Shown: positions 23,923-37,755 of the stretch, piece after piece
How the letters are laid out: each line of letters begins with the position of its first letter
Numbering within the stretch: position 1 is the stretch's first letter
Assembly (NCBI GenBank): GCA_001770725.1
Contig: MERU01000007.1
Coordinates: 108,924 to 172,923 of the forward strand
Direction: 5' to 3'
Source of the DNA: Burkholderiales bacterium RIFCSPHIGHO2_01_FULL_63_240
GTDB lineage: Bacteria; Pseudomonadota; Gammaproteobacteria; Burkholderiales; Burkholderiaceae_C
Length of the DNA stretch: 64,000 bases
Position numbers and translations under genes: made by a program
The notes under the pieces: model-generated
The model's input: the letters and a program-made list of their open reading frames with translations, nothing else
Told to the model about the DNA's origin: nothing
Databases searched by the model: none

Positions 23923-26342
23923 CAGCGGTTGCGACCGGCGCGCTTGGCCGCGTACAGCGCCTGGTCCGCCCGCTCGAGCGTGGCCTCCCAGGTCTCGCCG
24001 CTGACGTGCATGGCCAGACCAGCTGAGAAGGTCACGCGCAAATCGGGCGCCTGCACGGACAAGGCCATGACCACCACCTCCTCGAGCAGGCGCTGCGGCC
24101 CCACGGGTGAGCCTGCGGGCATCACGATGAGGAACTCCTCACCGCCCCATCGCCCGACCGTGTCCACTTCGCGCAGGCTCTGCCTGGCCAACTGAGCGAA
24201 GTTGGCGAGGACCTCGTCGCCCACCTGGTGGCCCAGGGTGTCGTTGATGCGCTTGAAGTGGTCCAGGTCGACCAGGGCCAGGCACAGGCCTCGTTGGTGA
24301 AGGGTGTTGCGCTCGGATTCGTGGTCGAGCACCTCGTGCAGGTGCTGTCGGTTCGGCAGACCGGTCAGTGCGTCGGTGGTGCTCAGGCGGCGGACTTGTC
24401 CGATGGCCTCGTTGAGCTTCTTGCGCTCCAGCGTGGCCAGTTCGCGCATGCGGCTGAAGTGCTGAGATTGAAGGGTCAGCAGCAGCAACACGCTGCAGGC
24501 CATGGCGATGCGCAAGCCCTCGGTGGAAAGCTCGTTGGGGCTCAGGCCGCCCCAGGTGGCCAGCGCGACCCAGGCCAGCGCCAGCATGCCGATCACCGAG
24601 ACCCCCAACTGACGTGAGCGCTGCACCGACACCGAGCCGAAGCTGAACACCAGCACCTGACACAGCACGGCCAGAATGGCCCCCTTGGCCAGCGGCGAGA
24701 ACACGTAGCCGGCCACCAGCATGGCGCTGCTCCAGATGATCTGTTCGGCCATGAGCCCCGGGTCCTTGCAGCGCTGTGACCAGCCACTGCGGATCAGCAG
24801 CGGCGGAACGACGGCCCCGAGCGTGATGTGGGCCACCAGCAGCGCATTGAGCCAGGTCGGAAAGACCTGGTTGGGGATGGCGTGGAACAGCACCGCGCCC
24901 AACCAGAACAGGTACATGGCCGACGAGATCAGCACCAGCCTCAGCTGCTTGCGGATGGTCCGGTCCGGGCCCAGCAGCCAGGCGACCCAGCCGATGGGCT
25001 CCCGAGTGCCACGCAAGGGCGGGCGGGCTTTGGGGCGCGCATCCCGGGCCAGGGCATGTTGCCACAGGGCCGTTGCGGTGTCGGCGATGGGGGGAGAAGC
25101 CATCCGCTTTTGCGTGGCCAGCCTGGCGTGGGCGGCCCGGACACCTGCCAGGCTGGGGTCTGGCTCGATGTGGGGCACCACGCGGTCGCGGCCCTGGCGT
25201 TTGGCTTCGTACAGGGCCTGGTCCGCCTGGTCGATCAGTCGTGCGACCGGGCCTTCGCGGTGCTCGGCCAGGCCCGCCGAGAAGGTGATGCGCAGGCCCG
25301 GCCGGATGGCGGACCAGTCGAAAGCATGCACGCAGTCGCGCAGGGCCAGCAGACGCTGGCTCGCCAGGGCCGCCCCGGATTCCGGCATCAGCACGACGAA
25401 CTCTTCGCCACCCCAGCGTGCCGAGGTGTCGATGGGCCCGCCGAACTCGGCGGCCACCAGGCTGGCAAAGGCCTGCAGCACGGCATCCCCCGTGGCGTGG
25501 CCGTGTTCGTCGTTGACGCGCTTGAAGTGATCGATGTCGAGGATGGCCAGCGTGAATGGCCGATTGAATCGCAGGGCCTTGCGCGCTTCCTGCTGCAAGT
25601 CATCCAGCATGCGGCGGCGGTTGTGCAGGCCGGTGAGCGTGTCGTGCTCGGAGAGGAACTCCAACGCCTGCAGCGTCTGCTCCAGCGCCAGGTTTTGCTG
25701 CTTGCGTCGCTTCATCGTGGCACGCGCGCTGGCCGATACATAGACCAGCGTGGGCAGCAGCAGCGCCATGCAGCCCAGGTTCATCAGCTCGTTGATGCGC
25801 ACGTCCGGGTCGGGGGTGGCGACCCAGATGCTCGCGAAGTTCAGCAACTGGCAAGCGGTGGCGGTGGCGATGACCCAGACGATGTGCCGCGTGGGCAGGC
25901 GCCGCATGTCGTAGATCGCGATCACCGACAACCACAGCAGGGTCACGCTGCGGCTGACCTCGATGAGGTGGTAGGTCAAGGCAATGGTGAGCACGCCGAA
26001 GATGACCTGGGGCAACACCGCCATCGGGTCGCGCCAGCTCAAGGTGGCGCCGCTGCGCAACAGCAGCCAGAAGCCGCACAGGCCCGTGGCCATGAAGGTG
26101 GCGACCAGGTGCGCGCGCTCCCAGGGCAGCAGGCCCAGCCAGGCCCCGCCGTACATCAGCAGCATGGCGCCGGAGTAGGACGGCAGGGTCAGCAGCAGCC
26201 TGCGCAGGGCCTGCTGTTGCACCGCAGGCATGGCGGGTGGGTGGGCCGCCGCGGTGGGGCTGGCTGAAGGTGAAGTCAACAAGGGCAGGGGCCGATCGAT
26301 GCAGGAAACCCTTGTGATTTCGTCGCCTGTGCGAACGCACAT
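23898..26342 (-). CDS. Tandem double module [multi-TM + GGDEF] diguanylate cyclase, fused in one ORF
   Basis: Two complete copies of a ~6-TM region followed by a GGDEF domain ([13 protein letters not shown] and [14 protein letters not shown]) with no intervening stop. The start is uncertain; an alternative ATG is at 26231. Confidence 0.75.
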   Translation of the reverse strand: MCVRTGDEITRVSCIDRPLPLLTSPSASPTAAAHPPAMPAVQQQALRRLLLTLPSYSGAMLLMYGGAWLGLLPWERAHLVATFMATGLCGFWLLLRSGATLSWRDPMAVLPQVIFGVLTIALTYHLIEVSRSVTLLWLSVIAIYDMRRLPTRHIVWVIATATACQLLNFASIWVATPDPDVRINELMNLGCMALLLPTLVYVSASARATMKRRKQQNLALEQTLQALEFLSEHDTLTGLHNRRRMLDDLQQEARKALRFNRPFTLAILDIDHFKRVNDEHGHATGDAVLQAFASLVAAEFGGPIDTSARWGGEEFVVLMPESGAALASQRLLALRDCVHAFDWSAIRPGLRITFSAGLAEHREGPVARLIDQADQALYEAKRQGRDRVVPHIEPDPSLAGVRAAHARLATQKRMASPPIADTATALWQHALARDARPKARPPLRGTREPIGWVAWLLGPDRTIRKQLRLVLISSAMYLFWLGAVLFHAIPNQVFPTWLNALLVAHITLGAVVPPLLIRSGWSQRCKDPGLMAEQIIWSSAMLVAGYVFSPLAKGAILAVLCQVLVFSFGSVSVQRSRQLGVSVIGMLALAWVALATWGGLSPNELSTEGLRIAMACSVLLLLTLQSQHFSRMRELATLERKKLNEAIGQVRRLSTTDALTGLPNRQHLHEVLDHESERNTLHQRGLCLALVDLDHFKRINDTLGHQVGDEVLANFAQLARQSLREVDTVGRWGGEEFLIVMPAGSPVGPQRLLEEVVVMALSVQAPDLRVTFSAGLAMHVSGETWEATLERADQALYAAKRAGRNRCHEAALPT

Positions 26343-26469
26343 GACCCCCAGGGCGTGGCAGGGTGGGGCCAGTGCGTGAATCGGTCACGGGATGGGTGCC
26401 TGACAGGGATAGCATGGCGACTGCCGCACGAGGGCGACGACCGCGCCCGTTGCCACCGGTCCCTTTCCC

Positions 26470-27813
26470 GTGAACGAACATCCGCTTGACGTCCCCCCGA
26501 CGCCCCCCACCTTCTGGCAAGCTTTCCTCTACTGGCTTCGCCTGGGCTTTCTCAGCTTCGGGGGGCCGGCCGGGCAGATCGCGCTCATGCACGAGGACCT
26601 GGTCGAGCGAAAGCGCTGGATTTCGGAGCGCCGTTTCCTGCATGCCTTGAATTACTGCATGGTGCTGCCAGGTCCGGAGGCGCAGCAGCTGGCCACCTAC
26701 ATCGGCTGGCTCATGCACCGCACCTGGGGCGGCATCGTGGCGGGTGGCTTGTTCGTGCTGCCCTCGCTGTTCATCCTGATCGCGCTGTCGTGGGTCTACC
26801 TGGCCTGGGGGCACGTGCCGGCGGTGGCCGGGGCGCTGTACGGCATCAAGCCGGCGGTCACGGCCATCGTGGTGTCGGCGGCGGTGCGCATTGGCTCGCG
26901 GGTGCTCAAGAACGGCTGGTTGTGGGGCATCGCGGCGGCGGCCTTCGTGGCCATCTTCGCGCTGGGCCTGCCATTCCCACTGATCGTGCTGGTGGCAGGC
27001 GTGACAGGGTTCGTTGGTGGGCGCTTGGCGCCCGAGAAGTTCATGGTGGGGGGCGGTCATGGCGCGGCGCGAGCGTCCCACGCACCCGCCGTCATCGATG
27101 ACGACACGCCGACGCCGCACCACGCGCGCTTCACCTGGGGGCGCTTCTGGCGCCTGCTGGGGGTGAGCCTGGCCTTGTGGGCCACGGGCATCGGCGCGCT
27201 GACGTGGTGGCTGGGCTGGGACGCCGTGCTCACGCAGATGGCGTGGTTCTTCACCAAGGCGGCGCTGCTGACCTTCGGCGGTGCGTACGCGGTGCTGCCC
27301 TACGTCTACCAGGGCGCGGTCGAGCACTTCCAGTGGCTCACGCCTGCGCAGATGATCGACGGCCTGGCGCTGGGCGAGACCACGCCTGGGCCGCTGATCA
27401 TGGTGGTGTCCTACGTGGGCTTCGTGGGGGGCTGGACGAAGGCCTTGTTCGGGCCGGAGGCCTTGCCGTTGGCCGGCATCGTGGCGGCGGGTGTCGTCAC
27501 GTTCTTCACCTTCCTGCCCTCGTTCTGCTTCATCTTCCTGGGCGCGCCGTTCATCGAATCGACCCATGGCAAGCTGGGTTTCACCGCGCCACTGACGGGC
27601 ATCACGGCCGCGGTGGTGGGCGTGATCGCCAACCTGGCGGTGTTCTTCGCGTACCACGTGCTGTGGCCGCAGGGCTTCGGTGGGGCCGTTGAATGGGCGG
27701 CCGCCTTGATCGGTGCGGGGGCGGCACTGGCCCTGTTTCGTTTCAAGGTCGGCGTGATCCCGGTGGTGCTGGCATCGGGCCTGGCTGGGCTGGCGTGGCA
27801 GCTGCTGCGCTGA
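26470..27813 (+). CDS. chrA: Chromate transporter ChrA (CHR family, two-domain)
   Basis: GTG start. LSFGGPAGQIALMH and TFGGAYAVLPYV motifs, one in each half. Confidence 0.9.
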   Translation: MNEHPLDVPPTPPTFWQAFLYWLRLGFLSFGGPAGQIALMHEDLVERKRWISERRFLHALNYCMVLPGPEAQQLATYIGWLMHRTWGGIVAGGLFVLPSLFILIALSWVYLAWGHVPAVAGALYGIKPAVTAIVVSAAVRIGSRVLKNGWLWGIAAAAFVAIFALGLPFPLIVLVAGVTGFVGGRLAPEKFMVGGGHGAARASHAPAVIDDDTPTPHHARFTWGRFWRLLGVSLALWATGIGALTWWLGWDAVLTQMAWFFTKAALLTFGGAYAVLPYVYQGAVEHFQWLTPAQMIDGLALGETTPGPLIMVVSYVGFVGGWTKALFGPEALPLAGIVAAGVVTFFTFLPSFCFIFLGAPFIESTHGKLGFTAPLTGITAAVVGVIANLAVFFAYHVLWPQGFGGAVEWAAALIGAGAALALFRFKVGVIPVVLASGLAGLAWQLLR

Positions 27814-27834
27814 GCTGTCGCCACGCCCTGGCGC

Positions 27835-30963
<3,129 letters not shown>

Positions 30964-30976
30964 CGTGGGCTCCTTC

Positions 30977-32113
30977 TCAGCGGACCTGGTTGACCAGGCT
31001 CGCGCCTTGTGTGAGCACCTGCTCGCCGGCTTTCAGCCCGGCGGTGATGCGCACCCTCGAGCCGTCCAGGGGGGCGTGGGTGACCCAGCGCGGCTCGAAG
31101 CGTTCGGGCGCGGTCTGCACCCAGGCGATGTCCTGGTTGCCCGCACCCTTGACGAGCGCGGAGCGGGGCAGGGCCAGGCCAGGCAGGGTCTCGCGGGTCT
31201 GTGCGATCACCTTCACGGTCTGGCCCAGCACGAGGCCGCTCAGGGCCTGCGCGTCACCGCTGAAGGCGATGGGCAAGGCCTGGTCGCGCAGGCTGCGGGC
31301 GGCGCCGACCAGGCGCAGCGGCACGCTGGTGTCGCCGAGCGCGAGGTGGGCCGAGCCGATCTGCTGGGCCTGGGCCGGGTCGCGCACCAGGGCCTCGATG
31401 CGCTGGCGGCGCGGGTCGACGACCTCGTAGAGCACGTCGCCGGCCTGCACGACCTGGCCGGCCACCACGTGGGCCGAGGCGATGACACCGGAGACCGGTG
31501 CGACGAGCGCATCGCGGCGCGACAGGCCTTGTCCCAAGGCGACCACCCGTGCGCGCAGCCCCTCGACCTCGGCGGCGGCGGCTTCGATGTCCTTGCGGGC
31601 CACGGTGTCGGCGAGTTCGCGCAGCCTGGCCAGGCGACGCTCGGCCACCTGCAAGTTGGCGCGCAACTCGGCCTGCTGAGCGCGCAGGCCGGCCTGCTCC
31701 AGCGAGCCGGTGGTGGGCTCGATGTGGGCCAGCACCTGGCCCTGGCGCACGGCCTGGCCCAGCGATGGCAGGCCGCGCGGGCCGGCCACCACGCGGCCGG
31801 CGAGTGCGGCCTGCACGCGGCCGCCGGCATTGGGGTCCATCACGACCTTGCCGGGCAGCTCGAAGGCCTGGGGCCATGAGCCGGCCTGCGCCGCCTGGGT
31901 GCGCAGGCCCAGTTGCTGCTGGGCCGCCTTGGGCATGAGCACGCTGCCATCGGCCTGGCGCCGAGGGGCCTCGCGCAGCAGGGTGGCCGGCGGTGGGGTG
32001 TCGTCGTGATCGTGGTCGCCGTGAGCCCAGGCATTGGGCACCAGGGGCAGGGCGCCGATCAGGGCCAGGCCGATGCCGGCCAGGCGCAGTCGTGGGGTGA
32101 GCGTCTTGGACAT
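30977..32113 (-). CDS. RND periplasmic adaptor (CzcB/CusB-like)
   Basis: Start MSKTLTPRLRLAGIGLALIGALPLV (signal peptide), His-rich HGDHDHDD segment, and a barrel-sandwich/lipoyl-like body. Confidence 0.85.
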   Translation of the reverse strand: MSKTLTPRLRLAGIGLALIGALPLVPNAWAHGDHDHDDTPPPATLLREAPRRQADGSVLMPKAAQQQLGLRTQAAQAGSWPQAFELPGKVVMDPNAGGRVQAALAGRVVAGPRGLPSLGQAVRQGQVLAHIEPTTGSLEQAGLRAQQAELRANLQVAERRLARLRELADTVARKDIEAAAAEVEGLRARVVALGQGLSRRDALVAPVSGVIASAHVVAGQVVQAGDVLYEVVDPRRQRIEALVRDPAQAQQIGSAHLALGDTSVPLRLVGAARSLRDQALPIAFSGDAQALSGLVLGQTVKVIAQTRETLPGLALPRSALVKGAGNQDIAWVQTAPERFEPRWVTHAPLDGSRVRITAGLKAGEQVLTQGASLVNQVR

Positions 32114-32157
32114 GTGAAGGGGGCGTTGGATGCTTGTGAGGTGGGCGGACATGGCGG

Positions 32158-33426
32158 TCACTGCGGCAGCAGCCCCGCAGCCTGGCGCCAGGCGGACGCG
32201 GCGGCAGCCAGGTCGATGGCGGCCAGTGAGGCCTGGCGGGCGGCTTCCTGCGCTTCCTGCGCGATGCGCAGTCGCGTGGGCAGGTCGGTCTCGCCCAGGC
32301 GGAAGGACTTGTCGAAGAAGGCCTGGGTTTCGTGAGCGAGGGTGGCGCGCCGCTGTGCGGCCTCGTGCGCGCGCTGGGCGGCTCGCCATCGGGCTTGCGC
32401 GCCGTCGAGCGTGGCCTGGGCTTGCTGGTGCTGGCGCGCGGCCTGCACGCTCAGCTCGGTGGCGTCGGCGTGCGCGCGTGCCGCCAGGGCGCGCTGCGCG
32501 GGCGACTCGCCCCATGGCAGCCGCAGGCCGACGGTGAGCTGGCGTTGCCGGGGCTCGCCGCGCTGGTCACGGCTGTGCACGGTGCCCAGCAGCAGCTCGG
32601 GGTTGGCGCGCGATTGCGTGTCGGCCAGCTCGGCCGCCTGGCGGGCCGTGGCGGCTTGCTGGTCGAGGTCGCGCACCAGGGGGTGTTGGGCAAGGTCGGC
32701 CGAGACCTCACCCGGGGTGGGCTCGGCGCCGGTGGGACCCGGGGTGGATGGGGCGGCAGAGGGCCATGGTTGCGCGCTGCCCAACAGCCCTTGCAGGGCC
32801 TGCCACGCCTGCACGCTTTGTCCTTCGGCGCGGGCCTGGGCCGATTGGGCCAGCGCCAGCGCGCCATCGGCCTGGTGCGCGTCGGCGGGTGCGAGGTCGC
32901 CGGCGCGCACGCGGCGGTGCACGTCCTGGCTCAGCGCCTGCGCATGTTCGACCTGAGCGCCCGCCAGGGCCAGCTCGGCGCGTGCGCGCTGCCAGGCCCA
33001 CCAGGCTTCGCGCACCTGGCCAGCGAGCTGGAGCCGGGCGCTGTCCAGCCGCGCGTCCAGGGCCTGTTCCTCCTGCGTGACCAGGGCCTGGCTGCGTGAG
33101 CGCTGGCCGGGCAGCCACAAGGGCAGGGCCACGCCAACTTCCAGCTCCTGCGCGCCCCGGTCGGTGCCGGGGCGGTCGGTCTTTGTGCGCAATTCCAGCG
33201 CCGCGGGTTGGGCCGTCCAGGCGTCGGCGGCCTGGCGTGAAGCCGCCAGCGCGCTGCGCCGCGCGGACAGGGCCTGGGGCAGGGGTTGCGTGGCCCAGGC
33301 TTGCTCGAAGGCCTGGGCAAGGGTGTCGGGGGGCTGCGCGTGGGCGGCCATGGCAGCGCCCGCGAGGGCGAGGCAGGTGGCCATGCGCAGGGGCGCGCCC
33401 CACAGGGGGCGTTGGTGTCGGTGCAT
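32158..33426 (-). CDS. TolC-family outer-membrane factor (CzcC/CusC-like)
   Basis: Start MHRHQRPLWGAPLRMATCLALAGAAMAAHA. Two OEP repeats. Confidence 0.8.
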   Translation of the reverse strand: MHRHQRPLWGAPLRMATCLALAGAAMAAHAQPPDTLAQAFEQAWATQPLPQALSARRSALAASRQAADAWTAQPAALELRTKTDRPGTDRGAQELEVGVALPLWLPGQRSRSQALVTQEEQALDARLDSARLQLAGQVREAWWAWQRARAELALAGAQVEHAQALSQDVHRRVRAGDLAPADAHQADGALALAQSAQARAEGQSVQAWQALQGLLGSAQPWPSAAPSTPGPTGAEPTPGEVSADLAQHPLVRDLDQQAATARQAAELADTQSRANPELLLGTVHSRDQRGEPRQRQLTVGLRLPWGESPAQRALAARAHADATELSVQAARQHQQAQATLDGAQARWRAAQRAHEAAQRRATLAHETQAFFDKSFRLGETDLPTRLRIAQEAQEAARQASLAAIDLAAAASAWRQAAGLLPQ

Positions 33427-33589
33427 GCGATGCGTCTTTTGGTCAAGAGGTCGGACGGCATCGGCGAGGCACACCTGGCCTCACGCACGCAAGGCGTCAG
33501 GCGGTGTCCGTCACCCGCGAAGGGGCGCGGACACAGAGGTCAACGGTGTCCAGGGTGTTGAAAGGGGCAGGCCAGTGCCACCTCGCCGA

Positions 33590-33964
33590 TCAGGCGAGGG
33601 CGGGCCACTTGGGCCGTTCAGGGCGCTCGCCGGGCGGCGCCGGCAGGCCGTGGGCCACGGTGGGCACGGGCTGGGTGGTGGTGGACATCACCTGCGCAAG
33701 GCGCACTTCGTGGGCCAGCACCGTGCCGCCATGGCAGACGTGGCAGTCGCTGTGCTCGGCGCCGGCACCATTGGTGCCGTCGTGGTGGCCCTCGCCATCG
33801 GCAGACGAGGGCTGGGCCGCGTCGGCGTGCTGGTGTTCGGGCTGGTGGTGCCCGATGTGGTGGCTCGCGGCGCCGCCTTCGTGCTGGCAGTACGGCGCCG
33901 CCGCAGCCCAGACGGCTTGCAGCGGAAGCAGCACCAGCAAAAGGAGGGCGACGAAGCGACGCAT
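33590..33964 (-). CDS. Small His/Cys-rich periplasmic protein upstream of the RND genes (CzcI/DUF2946-like)
   Basis: Signal peptide MRRFVALLLLVLLPLQAVWA, multiple His residues, and a CHVCH motif. Confidence 0.5.
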   Translation of the reverse strand: MRRFVALLLLVLLPLQAVWAAAAPYCQHEGGAASHHIGHHQPEHQHADAAQPSSADGEGHHDGTNGAGAEHSDCHVCHGGTVLAHEVRLAQVMSTTTQPVPTVAHGLPAPPGERPERPKWPALA

Positions 33965-34101
33965 GGGGGCATCTTACCGTCCGCCCGGATGGGCGTGTCG
34001 CCACATTCCCCATCTCTGTCACGGTTTCCCTTGGCGGGGGCGGGGCGGGCTGCCTACAGTCGGGCAGTCAAACCCATCAGCCCGAACCATCAGGAGTCCC
34101 C

Positions 34102-35007
34102 ATGTCACCTCATCCACCCAAGCGCGCCTTGGTGACCGGCGGCAGCGCCGGCATCGGCAAGGAAACGGTGCGGGCGCTGGCCGCGCAGGGCTGCGAGGTC
34201 ATCGTGGCCGCGAGGGACGCCAGCAAGGGCGAGGCCGTGCTCGCCGCCATCCAGGCCGAGCACCCGGGGGCTCAACTGAGCTTTCATGCGCTGGACCTGT
34301 CTCAGCCCGATGCCGTGGTGGCCTTCGCGCAGCAGGTGCGGGCCCGTTGGGACCGCATCGACGCGCTGGTGCTCAACGCCGGGCTGTTCACACCTGCGCT
34401 GCGCACGGGCTCGACGGGGCACGAGTTCATGTTCGCCACCACGCACCTGGGGCACTTCATGCTCACGCACCAGTTGCTGCCATTGGTCGAGGCCGCCCCG
34501 GCCGGGCGCATCGTGGTGACCAGCTCGGTGGCGCATTTCTTTGGCGGGGGCTTGGACTTCGACAGCCTGCGCGAGCCTTCGCCCAGCACCTTCCTGATGG
34601 CGGCGCCTTTTCGGGCCTATGGCCGCTCCAAGCTGGCCAACCTGCTGTTCGTGCGCGAGCTGGCCCGGCGGCTCAAAGGCTCGAAGGTGCTGGTCAATTC
34701 CTTCCACCCGGGCTCGGTCAAGACCGAGATCTGGCGCGGCACGCCCAGCCTGTTCAACGCCCTCATCGCCCCGGGGCTGATTTCCGAGCGCGAAGGCGCG
34801 CAGACGCAGATCTTCCTGGCCACCTCGCCGGCCTTGACACAGTCAGGCCAGCACTGGTTCCGCAAGAAGGTGGAGCGGGGCAGCCGGCCCAGCCGCGACC
34901 CCGAGCTGGCGCGCCAGCTGTGGACCTACAGCGAGCAGGCGTTGGGCATCAAGCACTTTGGCCGACCGCAAGGCCCTGTGGACGTGGCCCAGGCGCGCCG
35001 GGCCTGA
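34102..35007 (+). CDS. Short-chain dehydrogenase/reductase (retinol-dehydrogenase-like)
   Basis: ALVTGGSAGIGKET Rossmann motif, NAG, and YGRSK catalytic motif. Confidence 0.85.
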   Translation: MSPHPPKRALVTGGSAGIGKETVRALAAQGCEVIVAARDASKGEAVLAAIQAEHPGAQLSFHALDLSQPDAVVAFAQQVRARWDRIDALVLNAGLFTPALRTGSTGHEFMFATTHLGHFMLTHQLLPLVEAAPAGRIVVTSSVAHFFGGGLDFDSLREPSPSTFLMAAPFRAYGRSKLANLLFVRELARRLKGSKVLVNSFHPGSVKTEIWRGTPSLFNALIAPGLISEREGAQTQIFLATSPALTQSGQHWFRKKVERGSRPSRDPELARQLWTYSEQALGIKHFGRPQGPVDVAQARRA

Positions 35008-35018
35008 TCCGCTGGGCC

Positions 35019-36131
35019 TCAACCGGCCTGCGCTTCAGCGGCTTGTGGTGCGGTGTCCGGCGGCGAGGCCATGCAGCGGTGCAGGCGGCGGAAGTCGCGC
35101 GGCGCCATGCCCGTCCATTGCTTGAAGGCGCGCGTGAAGCTGTTGCGGTCGGTGAAGCCCAGGGTCTCGCTCAGGGTGTCGATGTCGACCTGGCCGACCT
35201 TGAGCTGCGTGACCGCGTGCTCGTAGCGGCTGCGGGTCTGGATGTCGCCGTAGACCTGGCCTTCGTCCTTGAGGCGTCGCTGCAGCGTGCGCGGGTGCAG
35301 GCCCAGGTGCTCGGCCACGTTCTGGATGCCCTGGCCCATCCACTTCGGCTGCTGCCGAAACAGCAGCTCGATGCGCTCGGCCAGCGTGGTGAAGCGGGGC
35401 GCGGGCAGGCTCTGCTCGATCACGCCTTGCAGCTGGCGGTGCAACTCGGGCAGGGCCCCGGGCAGGCGCATGTCGAGCATCGCGGTGGGGAAGACGGCGG
35501 CGTTGCGCGACTGGCGGGTGCGCACGGGCACGCCGAACTGCATCTCGCAGACCGAGCGCAGCGGGCCGGGGTCGTGTTCGAACTCGACGCGCGTGGCCAT
35601 GCTGCGCCCGCCCAGCAGCATGCGGCTGAACTTGTTGAGGCTGGCCATGGAGACCTCGGCGAAGTAGCCGGCGGCCTTGGGCGGATCGCCATCGAGCTGC
35701 TCGACCTCGATGACGATGGCCGATTCATGCTTGCCCTCGACCAGGTGGATGTGCAGGCCGTGGAACAGCTGGCTGGTCCAGTTCAGCGCAGGCATGGCCT
35801 CGCGCACCGTGGGGCTGGTGGCCAGGAAGGTCTCGATGGCGGGCAGGGTGTCGAAACCATGGCATTCGCCGATGACCAGCGGAAAGTGGTGCGTCGGCGC
35901 CGCCTGGCCCACGCAGCGCATCATCATCTCGAGCATGCCGGCGCGGCGGATGTGGTGCGCCCCCTGGTGGTCGATGCCCAGGCCGGCCTGCTCCAGCAGC
36001 GGCGGCAGGTTGATGTGGCACAGGGCCGCGGCGCGCACCCAGGCGCTGGCGCACGGGAAGGGGATGAGCTCGTTGGCGGTGGCGGGCAGGGGGTGTCGCA
36101 TGGTCGGATTGAAAGCGATCGATCGCGACAT
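35019..36131 (-). CDS. AraC-family regulator with an arabinose-binding-like N-domain
   Basis: C-terminal double HTH (...LGFTDRNSFTRAFKQWTGMAPRDFRR). An alternative start is at 36101. Confidence 0.8.
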   Translation of the reverse strand: MSRSIAFNPTMRHPLPATANELIPFPCASAWVRAAALCHINLPPLLEQAGLGIDHQGAHHIRRAGMLEMMMRCVGQAAPTHHFPLVIGECHGFDTLPAIETFLATSPTVREAMPALNWTSQLFHGLHIHLVEGKHESAIVIEVEQLDGDPPKAAGYFAEVSMASLNKFSRMLLGGRSMATRVEFEHDPGPLRSVCEMQFGVPVRTRQSRNAAVFPTAMLDMRLPGALPELHRQLQGVIEQSLPAPRFTTLAERIELLFRQQPKWMGQGIQNVAEHLGLHPRTLQRRLKDEGQVYGDIQTRSRYEHAVTQLKVGQVDIDTLSETLGFTDRNSFTRAFKQWTGMAPRDFRRLHRCMASPPDTAPQAAEAQAG

Positions 36132-36213
36132 GAGAATGGCACATCGCGACAGGATGCGGTGAATCGCGACAGGGTTTGCGCCAGGTTCCTCGACAGGTTT
36201 TGCCGCACGGGCC

Positions 36214-37344
36214 TCAGCGTGGGGCGGCGTCGGCCTCCAGGCTGCGCCAGGCCCGGGGTGAGTGGCCCGTCCAGCGCTTGAAGGCGCGGGTGAAGGCGCT
36301 GACTTCGGCGAAACCCAGCAGGAAGGCCACCTCGCTGACGGAGTGCTCGCCTGCGCGCAGGTGGGCCAGCGCCAGGTGCTGCCGCGTCGCGTTGAGCACA
36401 TCGCGGAAGGTGGTCTGCTCCTGGGCCAGGCGGCGCTGGAAGCTGCGCTGGCTCAGGCCCAGGCGCTCGCACACGTCCTTTTGCTTGGGCTCGCCGCTGG
36501 GCAGCAGGTCGGGCAGCACGGCCGCAAGCCGCGCCGACAGGCCGCTGGCTTCGTGCCCCTGCTGGTGCTGCCAGTGGCGGTGGTGCCGGGCGTGGTGCCG
36601 CTCGACGGCTTCTTCGCTGGCGCGGGCCACCTCGTGGTTGGCGAAGGCCAGCGCTCGCGTCAGAGAGGCCGCGTCCACCAGCACGGCGTTGTCCTCGCAG
36701 TTGTAGACCGGCTGGCAGCCCAGCAGCTTTTCATAGCGGGCCGGCGACTGCGGGCGGGGGCGCTGCAGGCGCAACTCCAGGGGCGCGAAATCGCGGCCGT
36801 AGAGCAGTCGCGAGCCTCGCACCACGCTGACCATGGCGTAGTCGAACAGGCTCCAGGCGGTTCGCGCGTCCACCCCCGCGAGCAGGCGCTGGTCACCGCT
36901 GATGGCCAGCCGGCCCACCCCGTGGGGCTCGACGGTGAAGGTGATTTCGCAGGCGTCGGTGACGACGTGGGCGTAGCGCGCCACCCGGGTGTACATCTGC
37001 CCCAGGTTCTCCGAGGCCATGAAGGCGTAGCCGAGGGCGTTGAGGGTCATGGGCACCGACTGGAGGGCGACGTCCACGCCCAGCAGCTCGTCGTCGGCGG
37101 CGCGCATGGCCAGTTGCCAGAAGGCCAGGCCGCGGGCAGCGGACTGGCGCGACATCGGGTCGGGGCGGGTGTGCAGGTCCAGGCCCACCTCGCGCAGCAA
37201 GGCCTCGGCGTCGATGCCGCGTCGCTCGGCCGCGCATTTGCCGGCCAGCACCCAGGCCATCAGCGCCGAGGCGTCTGAATGGGGGGCTTTTGGGACGGGG
37301 GGCTTGGGGCGTGGCGGGGTGCCGGGCGGGGCATTTCGGGACAT
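36214..37344 (-). CDS. AraC-family regulator, paralogue of the preceding gene
   Basis: Same architecture. C-terminal LGFAEVSAFTRAFKRWTGHSPRAWR. Confidence 0.8.
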   Translation of the reverse strand: MSRNAPPGTPPRPKPPVPKAPHSDASALMAWVLAGKCAAERRGIDAEALLREVGLDLHTRPDPMSRQSAARGLAFWQLAMRAADDELLGVDVALQSVPMTLNALGYAFMASENLGQMYTRVARYAHVVTDACEITFTVEPHGVGRLAISGDQRLLAGVDARTAWSLFDYAMVSVVRGSRLLYGRDFAPLELRLQRPRPQSPARYEKLLGCQPVYNCEDNAVLVDAASLTRALAFANHEVARASEEAVERHHARHHRHWQHQQGHEASGLSARLAAVLPDLLPSGEPKQKDVCERLGLSQRSFQRRLAQEQTTFRDVLNATRQHLALAHLRAGEHSVSEVAFLLGFAEVSAFTRAFKRWTGHSPRAWRSLEADAAPR

Positions 37345-37476
37345 GGGGGGGCGGATGCGGCGCGGCGGGTCAAGTCGGCTGGCGCGTCGGGGCAAGTCTG
37401 GCCGGTCGCCGCTGAGGATGATAGCGGCTCGGTTTCCCTTGGTCCGTTCGGTTTCCAACCGCTTTTGAAGTCCCCC

Positions 37477-37686
37477 ATGGCCGCGTCACGCAACCTCCTT
37501 CAGCTCAGCTTCGTCATCCACGCCGTCGTTTACGCGGCGGTCATCGGTGGTCTGGTGTACATCAACCAGGCGACGTCGTCGCAGCACAACTGGGCCGGCA
37601 TCGTGGCCTGGGCCTGGGGCATCGGCCTGGCCGCGCACGGCGCGGTGTGGGTCATGCTGCGCAAAGGCTCGTCCAAGGCGCGCTGA
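37477..37686 (+). CDS. Small two-TM membrane protein (2TM-domain-like)
   Basis: 69 aa with two hydrophobic helices. ATG at 37477. Confidence 0.5.
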   Translation: MAASRNLLQLSFVIHAVVYAAVIGGLVYINQATSSQHNWAGIVAWAWGIGLAAHGAVWVMLRKGSSKAR

Positions 37687-37755
37687 CCTCCAGGGGCCGC
37701 GCGGCGCCCGGGGCGTGGTTCGGCGGGCCCGGTGCAGGACGCCGATCGAGCGGGC

